A stretch of DNA of 62,375 bases, the filler included. It is 5 parts of 5 records of this genome, joined end to end, with 100 filler letters (N's around TTAATTAATTAA, not from the genome) between each part and the next. Parts side by side here need not be neighbours in the genome. Positions count along the whole stretch, not along the records: positions 1 to 25,873 come from SRR2962707_1137; 4 more parts are not named here. One strand, 5' to 3'. Under the pieces are notes generated by a model that was not told the origin of the DNA, did no database searches, and worked only from the letters and a program-made list of their open reading frames with translations. The position numbers and the translations under genes are program-made. This document shows, in pieces, positions 9,424-19,469 of this stretch (positions within the stretch are counted from its first letter, which is position 1; every line of letters starts with the position of its first letter).

Positions 9424-10971
9424 TTAGGCCCCTGCCTGCTCAGCGAGGCGTTTTTTGACTTCTGCCACAAGGTTCGCGCGATCAATCGGGTATTGGCCAG
9501 GCCGTGCGGCCTTATAATCCTCATGGTTTTCAATGGCGGCGGCTTCGCGTTTACCTTCGATCATATCTTTGATCTGCACGACATTGCGTCCGCGTTCGTC
9601 TGAGCCTTGGATGATTACGATTGGACAATCGCGGCGGTCGGCATAGCGCAATTGGTTCGGGAATTTCTTCCAATTGCCCTGATACATTTCAGCGCGAATG
9701 CCTGCGCTGCGCAGTTCCTGCACCATCTTTTGATAGGTGCCGAGCGCTTCCGTGTCGCCGTCCATCACAGTGACAAGCACTGGCGCAAGCACATCGTCTT
9801 GGCCCAATTTGCCAAGATTTTTCAGCGCTGTCATGAGGCGGGATACACCGATAGAAAAGCCGGTTGCGGGCACGTCTTGGCCAGTAAAGCGTTTGACGAG
9901 ACCGTCATAACGGCCACCGCCGCCGACAGAACCGAATTGCACTTTCTCGCCTTTTTCATTGGTCACATCGAAAAGAAGTTCAGCTTCGTAGACAGGGCCG
10001 GTGTAATATTCGAGACCACGGACGACGGATGGGTCGATAAAAATCTGATCCGTATTATAACCAGCCTTACGGATGAGCTTCCGAATAATTTCTAGTTCTT
10101 CTAAGCCGTCCTCAATGCCAATAGGAAGTGTATCAAGCTTCGCCCAACGCCGTAAATATTTCTTATAGACCGTAATCGAAAAAGCCTTTTTCCATTTGAA
10201 ATTGAGAATGCGATAATAACCAATTACAATTCTGAACTGCTCTTCATCCAATCCTGCACCCGGTGTAAAGTCGCCCTCACCTTCTTTGCCGCCATCCCAA
10301 CGCCCTGCGCCAAGAAGCAAGCGAACACCATCCATGCCAAATTTATCGAGCTTGTCGATTGAGCGCAGAACCGTCAGGCGGCGCTCAGCATTTTCATCGC
10401 CGCCAAGACCAATCGCTTCCATCACGCCATCAAGCACTTTGCGGTTGTTGACTCGGATAACATAATCACCGCGCGCAACACCCAGCGCTTCCATCGTGTC
10501 AGCCATCATCATGCACATTTCCGCATCGGCCTGAACGCCCGGTGCGCCGACCGTATCGGCATCAAATTGCATGAATTGGCGGAAACGGCCTGGACCTGGC
10601 TTTTCGTTTCTGAACACCCAGCCATTGCGATAGGTGCGGTAAGGCAATTGAATTTCATTGATGTTTTGCGCAACATGGCGCGCCAATGGCGCAGTCAAAT
10701 CATAGCGCAGGCTCATCCATTGCTCATCATCATCCTGAACGGAAAACACGCCCGCATTAGGCCGGTCTGTGTCTGGCAAAAACTTGCCCAAGCAATCAGT
10801 AAATTCAAATGCCGGTGTTTCAATCGGATCAAAACCATAGCGCTCGTAGACTTCGCGGATTTTGCCGATCATCTCATCGGTGGCGCGAATATCGGACGCT
10901 GAACGGTCGACAAAGCCGCGCGGCTGGCGGGCTTTGAGTTTTTGCGGTTTTTTCTGCTTTTTATCGGCCAT
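9424..10971 (-). CDS. hisS: Histidine--tRNA ligase
   Basis: [56 protein letters not shown]. Confidence 0.97.
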   Translation of the reverse strand: MADKKQKKPQKLKARQPRGFVDRSASDIRATDEMIGKIREVYERYGFDPIETPAFEFTDCLGKFLPDTDRPNAGVFSVQDDDEQWMSLRYDLTAPLARHVAQNINEIQLPYRTYRNGWVFRNEKPGPGRFRQFMQFDADTVGAPGVQADAEMCMMMADTMEALGVARGDYVIRVNNRKVLDGVMEAIGLGGDENAERRLTVLRSIDKLDKFGMDGVRLLLGAGRWDGGKEGEGDFTPGAGLDEEQFRIVIGYYRILNFKWKKAFSITVYKKYLRRWAKLDTLPIGIEDGLEELEIIRKLIRKAGYNTDQIFIDPSVVRGLEYYTGPVYEAELLFDVTNEKGEKVQFGSVGGGGRYDGLVKRFTGQDVPATGFSIGVSRLMTALKNLGKLGQDDVLAPVLVTVMDGDTEALGTYQKMVQELRSAGIRAEMYQGNWKKFPNQLRYADRRDCPIVIIQGSDERGRNVVQIKDMIEGKREAAAIENHEDYKAARPGQYPIDRANLVAEVKKRLAEQAGA

Positions 10972-11083
10972 CGAAATATCAATTTTCTATGTGAAACGCT
11001 GTTGCGTTCTCATAAGCGACAGCGGCCTTTGTCGCAAGCCATCAGATAAATCTCGATTGGCGAATATAAGCGGCCTATTTGGC

Positions 11084-11434
11084 TTAGGTTTTGAGCTTAT
11101 AGGTCAGCGCTAAAGCGATGCAATGTTTGAGCGCTTCACGGTCATAATCTTCGCCGGTTTTAAAAATGATCGCGCGGCCATTGCGGTAATCAAATTTGTC
11201 TGGATATATTTCTTGAAATTTACCCACCAAATGGGTGGTGCAGATAAAATACATACCAACTCCTTGATCGCCCAACAGATCAAGGCGAACTGAACTGCCG
11301 ACATTTTTCTTTTTCGGCGTAAAGCTCGCCTGTCCCCATTTCACACTTTCTTCCAGCTGACCAATTTTCTCATGGCTGGCGGCAGCATCAAAAATCAGGG
11401 CTTTGAGTTCTTCATAAAGGGCGTTGGAAGCCAT
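11084..11434 (-). CDS. DUF1801-like protein
   Basis: EESVKWGQASF...YFICTTHLV...NGRAI...LKHCIALALTY pattern. Confidence 0.65.
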   Translation of the reverse strand: MASNALYEELKALIFDAAASHEKIGQLEESVKWGQASFTPKKKNVGSSVRLDLLGDQGVGMYFICTTHLVGKFQEIYPDKFDYRNGRAIIFKTGEDYDREALKHCIALALTYKLKT

Positions 11435-11440
11435 TGCGGA

Positions 11441-11824
11441 TTAGTACTTTTCTATCTGCGGCGCATCGTCGGTGATCTCATAATAATCGCCTTTGTCTTT
11501 GACGAAGATATGCTTGCCGATTTTCATATCTGTTGGCGCATCTAAACAACCGGCAGCAATGGCAATTCCGTCCTCATCATTCATGCGATAAAACAGGCTT
11601 GAACCGCAAGATTTGCAAAAGCCGCGCTTGGCGTAATGTGAAGATTCGTACCACTCAAGGCCCTCATCGGTTAAAAAGCGAACAGCGTCATAAGGTGCAT
11701 GGGTTGATGCCCAAAGATGCCCGCTCGTGCGGCGACACTGGCCACAGTGGCAGATCGTCACTGACTTTTTAACGTCCTCAACTTCAAAGCTAACTTTGCC
11801 GCAGTCGCATTTTCCCGTGAACAT
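11441..11824 (-). CDS. GFA/CENP-V family zinc protein
   Basis: GKCDCG, CHCGQCRR, RGFCKSCGSSLF. Confidence 0.93.
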   Translation of the reverse strand: MFTGKCDCGKVSFEVEDVKKSVTICHCGQCRRTSGHLWASTHAPYDAVRFLTDEGLEWYESSHYAKRGFCKSCGSSLFYRMNDEDGIAIAAGCLDAPTDMKIGKHIFVKDKGDYYEITDDAPQIEKY

Positions 11825-11839
11825 TTTCTTCTCCTAAAA

Positions 11840-12472
11840 CTATGCTGTTATTTCTGGGCGTTTGAAGCCATTGCGGATTTCCTCGATTTCATCGCGCATA
11901 CAGCAGCCCTCCAAATGATCATTGACCAGACCCATCGCCTGCATAAAGGCATAGACGGTAGTGGGGCCTACAAAGCTCCAACCGCGCTTTTTCAAATCTT
12001 TGGAAATCTTGGTTGAAATTTCGGTTGAGCCTGGGATATTGCCCTTAATTATTTGCGATGGCCGATCTTCCGCGCTGGGCTCATAGGCCCAGAAATAGGC
12101 GGCGAGAGAGCCAAATTCGGCGCGCATTTCTATTGCTCGTTTTGCATTGTTAATCGTTGAGTTGATCTTGCCGCGATGGCGCACAATCGCCGCATCATTG
12201 ACACAACGCTCAACATCTTCATCGGTAAAGGCTGCAACCTTATCCATATCAAAGCCAGCAAAGGCAGCGCGGAAGCCTTCACGTTTTTTCAAAATCGTCA
12301 GCCATGATAGGCCCGACTGGAACCCTTCAAGGCAAATTTTCTCAAATAGGCGCGTATCGTCGACCACGGGTCTGCCCCATTCATTGTCATGATAATCGCG
12401 ATATCTGCCTAAATCGCCATGCCACCAACAGCTATGTTTTCCGTCTGGACGTTCAATTAAACCGTCGGTCAT
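11840..12472 (-). CDS. tag: DNA-3-methyladenine glycosylase I
   Basis: YHDNEWG, LEGFQSGLSWLTIL, IVRHRGKI, FVGPTTVYAFMQAMGLVNDH. Confidence 0.96.
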   Translation of the reverse strand: MTDGLIERPDGKHSCWWHGDLGRYRDYHDNEWGRPVVDDTRLFEKICLEGFQSGLSWLTILKKREGFRAAFAGFDMDKVAAFTDEDVERCVNDAAIVRHRGKINSTINNAKRAIEMRAEFGSLAAYFWAYEPSAEDRPSQIIKGNIPGSTEISTKISKDLKKRGWSFVGPTTVYAFMQAMGLVNDHLEGCCMRDEIEEIRNGFKRPEITA

Positions 12473-12668
12473 GTGTTCTCCATTTGATTCATCATTGATT
12501 CACCATTTGGCGAAACCCATTGCTAACCTTGCTAAAAGGTTTACGCGAAGAATCGCAATTTATGAATTTTGATTCATAATTTAATCGTTCCCATAAGTCA
12601 TGCTACGCGCTTGAGGCTCCTGACAAATTTGTCAGTGGGCTACGAGCAAATTGTAGAGAGTATGCTTG

Positions 12669-13427
12669 ATGAGAAAATTATTTATGTTGACCGCGTGTGT
12701 CGCGGCGCTGAGCACAACGCCGGTTATTGCCGGTGATCGCTATGCAACACCGCCGCCATTGACCCTTAGCCCTGATCTTGCCAGCCCTTGGATGCTGCAG
12801 CTAAAAGTGCGCCAACCATTGCGCGGCACCATGCAGCCGCAAGGCCAGCGACGTGTTGCTGCGCAACAACCATGGCAAGCACCGCAGCCGCGCCAGCGCC
12901 AAGTTCGCCAAAGCGAGCCGTTTGCGCAGGTTGCTGCCGCTCAGGTTCAAAAGCCGAAAACAAAGACAATGGACCCGATGTTTTTGCCGCAGCGCGTTGC
13001 CTATAATGGCAATGCTGCACCGGGCACAATCGTGATTTCTACCCGCGACCGCTTCCTCTATTTGGTTGAAGATGGCGGCGAAGCCATGCGCTATGGCGTG
13101 GGCGTGGGCAAAGAAGGCTTTAGCTGGTCTGGCACCGAACGGATTTCGCAGAAAAAAGAATGGCCATCATGGACACCGCCATCAGAAATGATCGCGCGTG
13201 AAAAGAAAAAGGGCCGTATTTTGCCTGCGCATTTAGAAGGTGGACCGGACAACCCGCTGGGCGCGCGCGCGCTTTACTTGGGTTCAACGCTTTACCGCAT
13301 TCACGGCACAAACCAGCCGTGGACCATCGGCGGCGCGGTTTCTTCTGGCTGTATCCGCATGCGCAATGAGGATGTCACCGATCTATATTCACGTGTCAAA
13401 GTGGGCACGAAAGTCATCGTGCAATAA
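12669..13427 (+). CDS. L,D-transpeptidase (YkuD/ErfK family)
   Basis: Signal peptide; NPLGARALYL, YRIHGT, SSGCIRM. Confidence 0.95.
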   Translation: MRKLFMLTACVAALSTTPVIAGDRYATPPPLTLSPDLASPWMLQLKVRQPLRGTMQPQGQRRVAAQQPWQAPQPRQRQVRQSEPFAQVAAAQVQKPKTKTMDPMFLPQRVAYNGNAAPGTIVISTRDRFLYLVEDGGEAMRYGVGVGKEGFSWSGTERISQKKEWPSWTPPSEMIAREKKKGRILPAHLEGGPDNPLGARALYLGSTLYRIHGTNQPWTIGGAVSSGCIRMRNEDVTDLYSRVKVGTKVIVQ

Positions 13428-13460
13428 TCTGCACGCATTGTCTTCGGGGGACGAAGGCCG

Positions 13461-13500
13461 AAGCGCCGTTTGATCTTGATTGATCAAGCGGCGCTTTTTT
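13461..13500. terminator. Terminator between convergent LDT and DUF2892 genes
   Basis: AAGCGCCGTTTGATC...GATCAAGCGGCGCTT followed by a T run. Confidence 0.8.
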
Positions 13501-13520
13501 ATTGGTTTTTTTGGTGCAGA

Positions 13521-13721
13521 TTAAAATGCTGCGCCCGGTTTTACGCCGAGCAGTTTAAAAAGCATCGCCGCTGGGCAAAAGCCAGTAAAGGCCGCCTGTA
13601 TTTGATTGACGCCGACGAACACAGTCAGCCAGACAAAATAGGGCGAAACCCAAACGGTAAGTGCAAGCGATAAGAGCACCATGCAGCCTGCAAAGGCCAT
13701 TACAACGCGATCAAGTGACAT
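13521..13721 (-). CDS. DUF2892/YgaP-like small membrane protein
   Basis: MSLDRVV...FVGVNQIQAAFTGFCPAA; directly downstream of sqr. Confidence 0.88.
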   Translation of the reverse strand: MSLDRVVMAFAGCMVLLSLALTVWVSPYFVWLTVFVGVNQIQAAFTGFCPAAMLFKLLGVKPGAAF

Positions 13722-13789
13722 GTGATATTCCTTTCATCCCGCCGCGCTTTGGCCTTGGGTTTTGTGCAGCGGATACAACCGCCATGCGT

Positions 13790-15082
13790 TTAGTTGTCTT
13801 TATCGAGTTTAATCTCTTTGAGCTTTTCAATACCCATAGCTTGCATCGCTAGGCGCTCATAAAACGGCTCTGATTGGCCGCTGCGAACCTTGTGCAGGAA
13901 GTATTTTTCAAACGCAATTTTGGCCAAATGCACCCATTTTCCCGATGATGACCAGTTAACATTGCGCGGCGGAATTTGCGGCTGAGCCACAAAAGCGATG
14001 CCGCCATCGCCAAAATCTGCAAGGCAAACAGCGTTCCATGTGGCGATGGCATCGGGCTCCAGCCCTTTGATGAGCTGGTCTATATTGTGAACGGTTGCCG
14101 TCACCATGGATTCGATCATAAAGCCGGTTTTAGGCACGCCGACAGGCACAGGCGTTTTGCCCACAGGCGGTATCGCCACGCAAACACCCACGGAAAACAC
14201 ATCAGGAAACGCTGGATTGCGCTGATACTTATCGGCCAAGATGAAACCGCGTGGGTTGGTTAAGCCTTCGATGCCTTTGACCGCATCAATGCCTCGAAAG
14301 CCTGGCAGCATCATGGTGAACACTTGCGGTACTTCATGGGTTTTGGCAACCGAACCATCTTCGGCAATTTCTGAAACCAACACTTTATCGGCTTCAATTT
14401 TGTCAATGCGGGCGTTGCATATCCATTTGATGTGATGTTCACGCATCTCGCTTTCCAAAAGCCCTTTGGTATCGCCCACGCCGTCTAGACCCAGATGCCC
14501 AACATAGGGTTCTGACGTTACAAATGTCATCGGCACGCGGTCACGCACTTTTGCATCGCGCAGCGCCTTATCTAGGATAAAAGCAAATTCATAGGCCGGC
14601 CCAAAGCACGAAGCGCCCTGCACCGCGCCAATAACCACAGGACCCGGATTTGCAATCAGTGCATCGACAGCCTCTTTTGCCTGCAACGCATGATCGACAT
14701 GACAGATTGACTGCGTATGCGCCTCAGGGCCAAAGCCCTCAATTTCGTCAAAGGCAAGTTCGGGACCGGTTGCGATGACCAAATAATCATAGGTAACAGT
14801 TTCGCCGTCATTAAGCTCAATGCAGTGCTCTTTGGGGTGCAAGCGTTTGGCCCCTTGCGGATGTAACGCGATGGCGCGTTTGGCAAAGATCGCTTCTAGA
14901 TCAACCTCAATGGAGGTTTTGTCGCGCCAACCCACGCCAACCCATGGATTGGACGGTACGAAATGGAATTTGTTGCCTTTGTTTACGACCGAAACTGAAT
15001 GATCATTTCCAAGCATTTCACGCAACTCATAGGCCGCGATTGTGCCACCAAGACCTGCTCCCAGAACAACTACATGTGCCAT
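13790..15082 (-). CDS. sqr: Sulfide:quinone oxidoreductase, type I (SqrA-like)
   Basis: GAGLGG FAD motif, SICH, GASCFGPAYEF, VPKTGFMIESM, AVCLADFG. Confidence 0.92.
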   Translation of the reverse strand: MAHVVVLGAGLGGTIAAYELREMLGNDHSVSVVNKGNKFHFVPSNPWVGVGWRDKTSIEVDLEAIFAKRAIALHPQGAKRLHPKEHCIELNDGETVTYDYLVIATGPELAFDEIEGFGPEAHTQSICHVDHALQAKEAVDALIANPGPVVIGAVQGASCFGPAYEFAFILDKALRDAKVRDRVPMTFVTSEPYVGHLGLDGVGDTKGLLESEMREHHIKWICNARIDKIEADKVLVSEIAEDGSVAKTHEVPQVFTMMLPGFRGIDAVKGIEGLTNPRGFILADKYQRNPAFPDVFSVGVCVAIPPVGKTPVPVGVPKTGFMIESMVTATVHNIDQLIKGLEPDAIATWNAVCLADFGDGGIAFVAQPQIPPRNVNWSSSGKWVHLAKIAFEKYFLHKVRSGQSEPFYERLAMQAMGIEKLKEIKLDKDN

Positions 15083-15188
15083 CTTTATCTTCTCCCTATT
15101 GCCAAACCAAGCGCAAGTGAGCCCGCGTTCGGACGCCGCATCATCGCGGCAAGCTAACTTTACGTTAGGCCTTTAAGCGAAAAGGGAT

Positions 15189-15202
15189 TTGATATGGATC
15201 AA
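15189..15202. promoter_or_regulatory. FNR/FixK box upstream of sqr
   Basis: Perfect TTGAT-atgg-ATCAA; a minus-strand -10-like TAACGT at 15162-15167 gives class II spacing. Confidence 0.8.
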
Positions 15203-15237
15203 TGGTGTTATCAGCGCTTAGTCGGAGGTGATATTCT

Positions 15238-16611
15238 TCACATCGTTGCCTCGGCAATCAGCGCATCGAGGCTTGAGCGAGAATTTTGTGCTTTTGCAGC
15301 AGATTTTGCATCAGGTGCGTTTTCCGGTTTTTCGCCGCCATAGGCCCAGTGCAGTAGTTCAATCGTGTGCACCAGCGGAATTTTCGTTCCGGTTGAAATC
15401 TGCGTCATGCAGCCAATATTGCCCGTGGCGATAATATCCGGCGCGGTTGCCTCAATATTTTTGACCTTACGGGCTTTAAGCTCAGCTGAAATTTCCGGCT
15501 GCATAATATTATAAGTACCGGCAGAACCGCAGCACAAATGACCTTCCGCAGGGCTGCGCACGTCAAAGCCAGCAGCCGTGAGCAGCGCTTTTGGCGCATC
15601 GGTGATCTTCTGGCCATGCTGCATGGAGCAAGCAGAATGATAGGCGACAACTAGGTTGGGCTTGATGGTTGGCTCAGGCAGTTCGATACTCGCCAAATAT
15701 TCCGTCACATCTTTGGCTAGCGCTGAAACCTGCGCAGCGGCGTCCGCATAATCCTTATCAAGACGTAGCATATGGCCGTAATCCTTGATTGTGGTGCCGC
15801 AGCCAGAGGCGGTGATGATGATCGCATCAAGACCACCATTTTCGATTTCCGCCATCCACGCATCAATGTTTTGGCGGGCCGATTGCATCGCCTGTTCTTC
15901 GCGGCCCATATGGTGCACCAATGCGCCGCAGCAGCCTTCATTTTTAGGCACTACAACTTCGATGTCGAGCTGATTAAGCAGCTTGATCGTCGCCGCATTA
16001 ATGGCCGGATTAAGCACAGGCTGAGCGCATCCGGTCAGAATGGCAACGCGGCCAAGCTTTGTTTTCGTTGCAGCAAAAGTGCCAGTCTTGGCATAGGTAG
16101 AGCTTGGCGCCATTTTTGACGGGGCCAATTCGAGCATCGCGCCAAAGCTTTTAAGCGGTGCAATGGCTTTGAAGAGTGGCGCAAAAGGTGCGCCTAAACG
16201 GGCGGCACGCAAGGCGAATTTAAACCGGCTTGGATAGGGTAAAACAGCCGCCAGAATGTTGCGCGTTAGGCGATTGAAAAATGGCCTTTTATAAGTCTTT
16301 TCAATGTGCACACGGGCATGATCGACCAGATACATATAATTGACGCCCGATGGGCATGTCGTCATACATGACAGGCAAGACAAACAGCGGTCGATATGGG
16401 TTACTGTTTTTTCATCGGCCGGACGATCATTTTCCAGCATTTCTTTAATCAGATAGATGCGCCCGCGCGGGCTATCAAGCTCATTGCCAAGCGTCACATA
16501 GGTCGGGCAAGTGGCCGTGCAAAAACCGCAATGGACGCAGGAGCGCAGTATCTTTTCAGACATCGCAACGCCTGGGTCTTCGAGCTGTAGGGGTGAGAAA
16601 TTTGTTTGCAT
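15238..16611 (-). CDS. glcF: Glycolate oxidase Fe-S subunit
   Basis: MQTNF start; CVHCGFCTATCP, CLSCLSCMTTCP, CCG domains. Confidence 0.96.
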   Translation of the reverse strand: MQTNFSPLQLEDPGVAMSEKILRSCVHCGFCTATCPTYVTLGNELDSPRGRIYLIKEMLENDRPADEKTVTHIDRCLSCLSCMTTCPSGVNYMYLVDHARVHIEKTYKRPFFNRLTRNILAAVLPYPSRFKFALRAARLGAPFAPLFKAIAPLKSFGAMLELAPSKMAPSSTYAKTGTFAATKTKLGRVAILTGCAQPVLNPAINAATIKLLNQLDIEVVVPKNEGCCGALVHHMGREEQAMQSARQNIDAWMAEIENGGLDAIIITASGCGTTIKDYGHMLRLDKDYADAAAQVSALAKDVTEYLASIELPEPTIKPNLVVAYHSACSMQHGQKITDAPKALLTAAGFDVRSPAEGHLCCGSAGTYNIMQPEISAELKARKVKNIEATAPDIIATGNIGCMTQISTGTKIPLVHTIELLHWAYGGEKPENAPDAKSAAKAQNSRSSLDALIAEATM

Positions 16612-16621
16612 AATATTCGCC

Positions 16622-17821
16622 CTAAGCTGCCGAATGGGTAAAGTCAGGCACCATGCGCCCAATATTGAACATGCCGTCTGGATCCATCGCCATTTTGATG
16701 CGGGCCGTAAGCGCTGCAACGGCTGGAATTTCTGGTTGGAAGACAGGCGTTACAGCACGCACCGCATCCGACGCACGGATCAACGTGGCGTGGCCGCCGC
16801 TATGGGCGATGATTGCGCCGCGCACCAAGGCCGCATGGGCGTTTTCTTCATCATCCAGACAGAGCCAGATAAGCCCGCCCTGCCAATCATAATAGGCGCT
16901 GCCATCCAGCTTTGACAACATTTCAGCCACCACCTTATGACCTGCCATTGGCGCAACAGAAATGCGCCACACAGGTCTTTGAGAGCCATCGGCAAAGGGG
17001 GTTACATCGCGCAATGATGCCCAGAGCGCGGACGAGGCCGATACATCCATTTCGTCAATAGAGAGGCCTTCGCCCAATGCAGCGATTAGCCGGTCACGGC
17101 GCGGCACGATGGTTTCTTTAATGCCTTCAAGACGCAAGAAAGTTGCACCATCTGCGCCCGATGTATGCGCTGCGCCTGTAACATCAGCGCTGGTCGATAG
17201 CGCCTTGGCCATATGTTTGGCGGCTTCTTCATCACTTTGATTGCGGATGGCAAGCGTGATTTCAGTTTCTGGCTGCGGCAGCACTTTAAAAGAGACTTCG
17301 GTTAGAAAACCCAGCGTGCCCCAAGATCCAGCCATCAGTTTTACCAAATCAACACCGGTGACATTTTTCATCACCTGACCGCCATTCTTAATCGCCTCGC
17401 CGCGCCCATTGATAAAGCGCACACCGAGCAGGCTGTCGCGGGCGGCGCCTGCGGTCATGCGGCGCGGGCCGGACATATTGGTTGCGGCGATACCGCCGAT
17501 TGTTTGGTCTTTGGCTTCACCGAGCAAAGCTGCCCAATTGGCCGGCTCAAAGGCGTGCATTTGTTTGCCCTTGGCGAGCGCTTTGTTGATTTCGCTCATC
17601 GGTGTGCCTGCCTTGGCAACCATCACCAATTCAGCCGGATCATAGCTGACAATGCCGGATATTTGCGCAGACGAAATCGAAGCATCTGCAATCACTGAGT
17701 TGCCAACACGGGCTTTTGAGCCATTGCCCAAAAGCGCCAATTTAGTGCCAGAACGGCGCGCCTGCCCAATCATCTCGGCGGCTTGTGCTTCATCTTTTGG
17801 TGTTAGAATTTCGCTCGCCAT
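16622..17821 (-). CDS. glcE: Glycolate oxidase FAD subunit
   Basis: YDPAELV, GGQVMKNVTGVDL, YDWQGGLIW; lies between glcD and glcF. Confidence 0.93.
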   Translation of the reverse strand: MASEILTPKDEAQAAEMIGQARRSGTKLALLGNGSKARVGNSVIADASISSAQISGIVSYDPAELVMVAKAGTPMSEINKALAKGKQMHAFEPANWAALLGEAKDQTIGGIAATNMSGPRRMTAGAARDSLLGVRFINGRGEAIKNGGQVMKNVTGVDLVKLMAGSWGTLGFLTEVSFKVLPQPETEITLAIRNQSDEEAAKHMAKALSTSADVTGAAHTSGADGATFLRLEGIKETIVPRRDRLIAALGEGLSIDEMDVSASSALWASLRDVTPFADGSQRPVWRISVAPMAGHKVVAEMLSKLDGSAYYDWQGGLIWLCLDDEENAHAALVRGAIIAHSGGHATLIRASDAVRAVTPVFQPEIPAVAALTARIKMAMDPDGMFNIGRMVPDFTHSAA

Positions 17822-19269
17822 TATGCTTCACCCGTTTTGCGCATATTCATATCCAGCGGGAAAACCTTGGACGGATTTAAAACCCAGTCTGGGTCAAACG
17901 CGGCGCGCACACGCATTTGCTCATTGAGATCAATTTCCGCAAATTGATGGCGCATCAAATCACGCTTTTCGATGCCAACGCCGTGCTCACCGGTGAGGCA
18001 CCCGCCCGCATCAACGCAGAGCTTCAAGATTTCCATGCCTGCATCTTCTGCCGCTTGCGCCTCTTTGGGGTCATTGGCATTGTGCAAAATCAGCGGGTGC
18101 ATATTGCCATCACCTGCGTGGAAAACATTGGCAACGCGCAGCCCATAGCGATCAATAATTTTATAGGTTTCGCGCAACACATAGGACAATTGGCCAAGCG
18201 GCACCGTGCCGTCCATGCAAATATAATCGGCGATGCGCCCGGTCGCACCAAAGGCCGATTTGCGGCCCTTCCAGATTTGTGCGGCCTGCGTTGCAGACTG
18301 GCTTTCCTTGATGTTTTTCACATTGTGTTTTTGCGCGATCTTGATGATCTTTTTGAGCATCGCATCCATCTCGGCTTCCGAGCCTTCAACTTCAATGATG
18401 AGCAGCGCCTCCACATCCATCGGATAGCCCGCATGCGCAAAAGATTCGCAAATATCAATGGCGGGCTTGTCCATAAATTCGATCGCAACGGGAATAATGC
18501 CGCTGCCGATAATATCAGACACGCATGCGCCAGCGACTTCCGCATCGTCAAAACCGAATAGAACCGGACGCGCGCCTTCAGGCTTGGCGATCAGGCGCAC
18601 GGTTGCTTCTGTGACAATGCCGAGCTGGCCTTCAGAGCCGCACAAGAGGCCGAGGATATCAAGGCCCGGCGCATCGAGCGCTTTGCCGCCAATTTCAACG
18701 ATGGTGCCATCATACATAACCAACTTAACGCCCAGCAAATTATTGGTCGTCACGCCATAGCGAAGGCAATGTGCGCCGCCAGAATTCATGCCGATATTGC
18801 CGCCAATAGTGCAGGCAAGTTGCGATGACGGATCGGGCGCATAGAAAAAGCCGTCTTTTGAAACAGCATCAGAGATCGACAAATTTGTTGCGCCAGCTTC
18901 GACAACCGCTGTGCGGTTGTCATAGTCGACATCAATCATGTTGGTCATACGCGATACACCGATGACAACTGCATCTTCTTGCGGAATAGCGCCGCCAGCG
19001 AGTGATGTACCCGCACCGCGCGGAATGACCGGAATGTTATTGGCCGCGCAATATTTCATGACGACGGAGACTTGCTGCGTGGTGTAGGGCAATACAACGG
19101 CCAGTGGCACGCGCCGATAGGGCGTGAACGCATCGGTTTCAAACGGCGTTAGCTCTCTTGCATCGGTGATTAAACATTCGCTGGGCACAAGCGTGGACAG
19201 CACATCAATGATCGCGTCTCGCCGATCAATAATCCCTGCGTTAGGGCTTAAAAATTCAATCTTGGCCAT
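17821..19269 (-). CDS. glcD: Glycolate oxidase subunit
   Basis: PRGAGTSLAGG, APDPSSQLACTIGGN, FHAGDGNMHP, GEHGVGIEKR. Confidence 0.95.
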   Translation of the reverse strand: MAKIEFLSPNAGIIDRRDAIIDVLSTLVPSECLITDARELTPFETDAFTPYRRVPLAVVLPYTTQQVSVVMKYCAANNIPVIPRGAGTSLAGGAIPQEDAVVIGVSRMTNMIDVDYDNRTAVVEAGATNLSISDAVSKDGFFYAPDPSSQLACTIGGNIGMNSGGAHCLRYGVTTNNLLGVKLVMYDGTIVEIGGKALDAPGLDILGLLCGSEGQLGIVTEATVRLIAKPEGARPVLFGFDDAEVAGACVSDIIGSGIIPVAIEFMDKPAIDICESFAHAGYPMDVEALLIIEVEGSEAEMDAMLKKIIKIAQKHNVKNIKESQSATQAAQIWKGRKSAFGATGRIADYICMDGTVPLGQLSYVLRETYKIIDRYGLRVANVFHAGDGNMHPLILHNANDPKEAQAAEDAGMEILKLCVDAGGCLTGEHGVGIEKRDLMRHQFAEIDLNEQMRVRAAFDPDWVLNPSKVFPLDMNMRKTGEA

Positions 19270-19307
19270 AGCTTGCTCCCATGCGCTTAAAGCGCCTACC
19301 ACTATTT

Positions 19308-19326
19308 TGGTAAACTATTTTTACCA
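19308..19326. promoter_or_regulatory. FadR/GlcC-type operator upstream of glcD
   Basis: Inverted repeat TGGTAAA-ctatt-TTTACCA. Confidence 0.7.
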
Positions 19327-19469
19327 CTGCTGCGAGTGATTTACAAATACAAGCACTCTTTCCAAAAAAGAAACAATGGTGTTTAGTTATAAATATATTG
19401 TCATAATTAGCGACTGGGTTCCAGCGGTCAAAATGACCCAATTTCGCGTTTATAAAGAGCAGCTGTCTT

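Noticed and set aside
13469-13487. Second FNR box (TTGAT...ATCAA)
   Set aside because: Spacing is not N4 and the sequence is the stem-loop of a terminator between convergent genes
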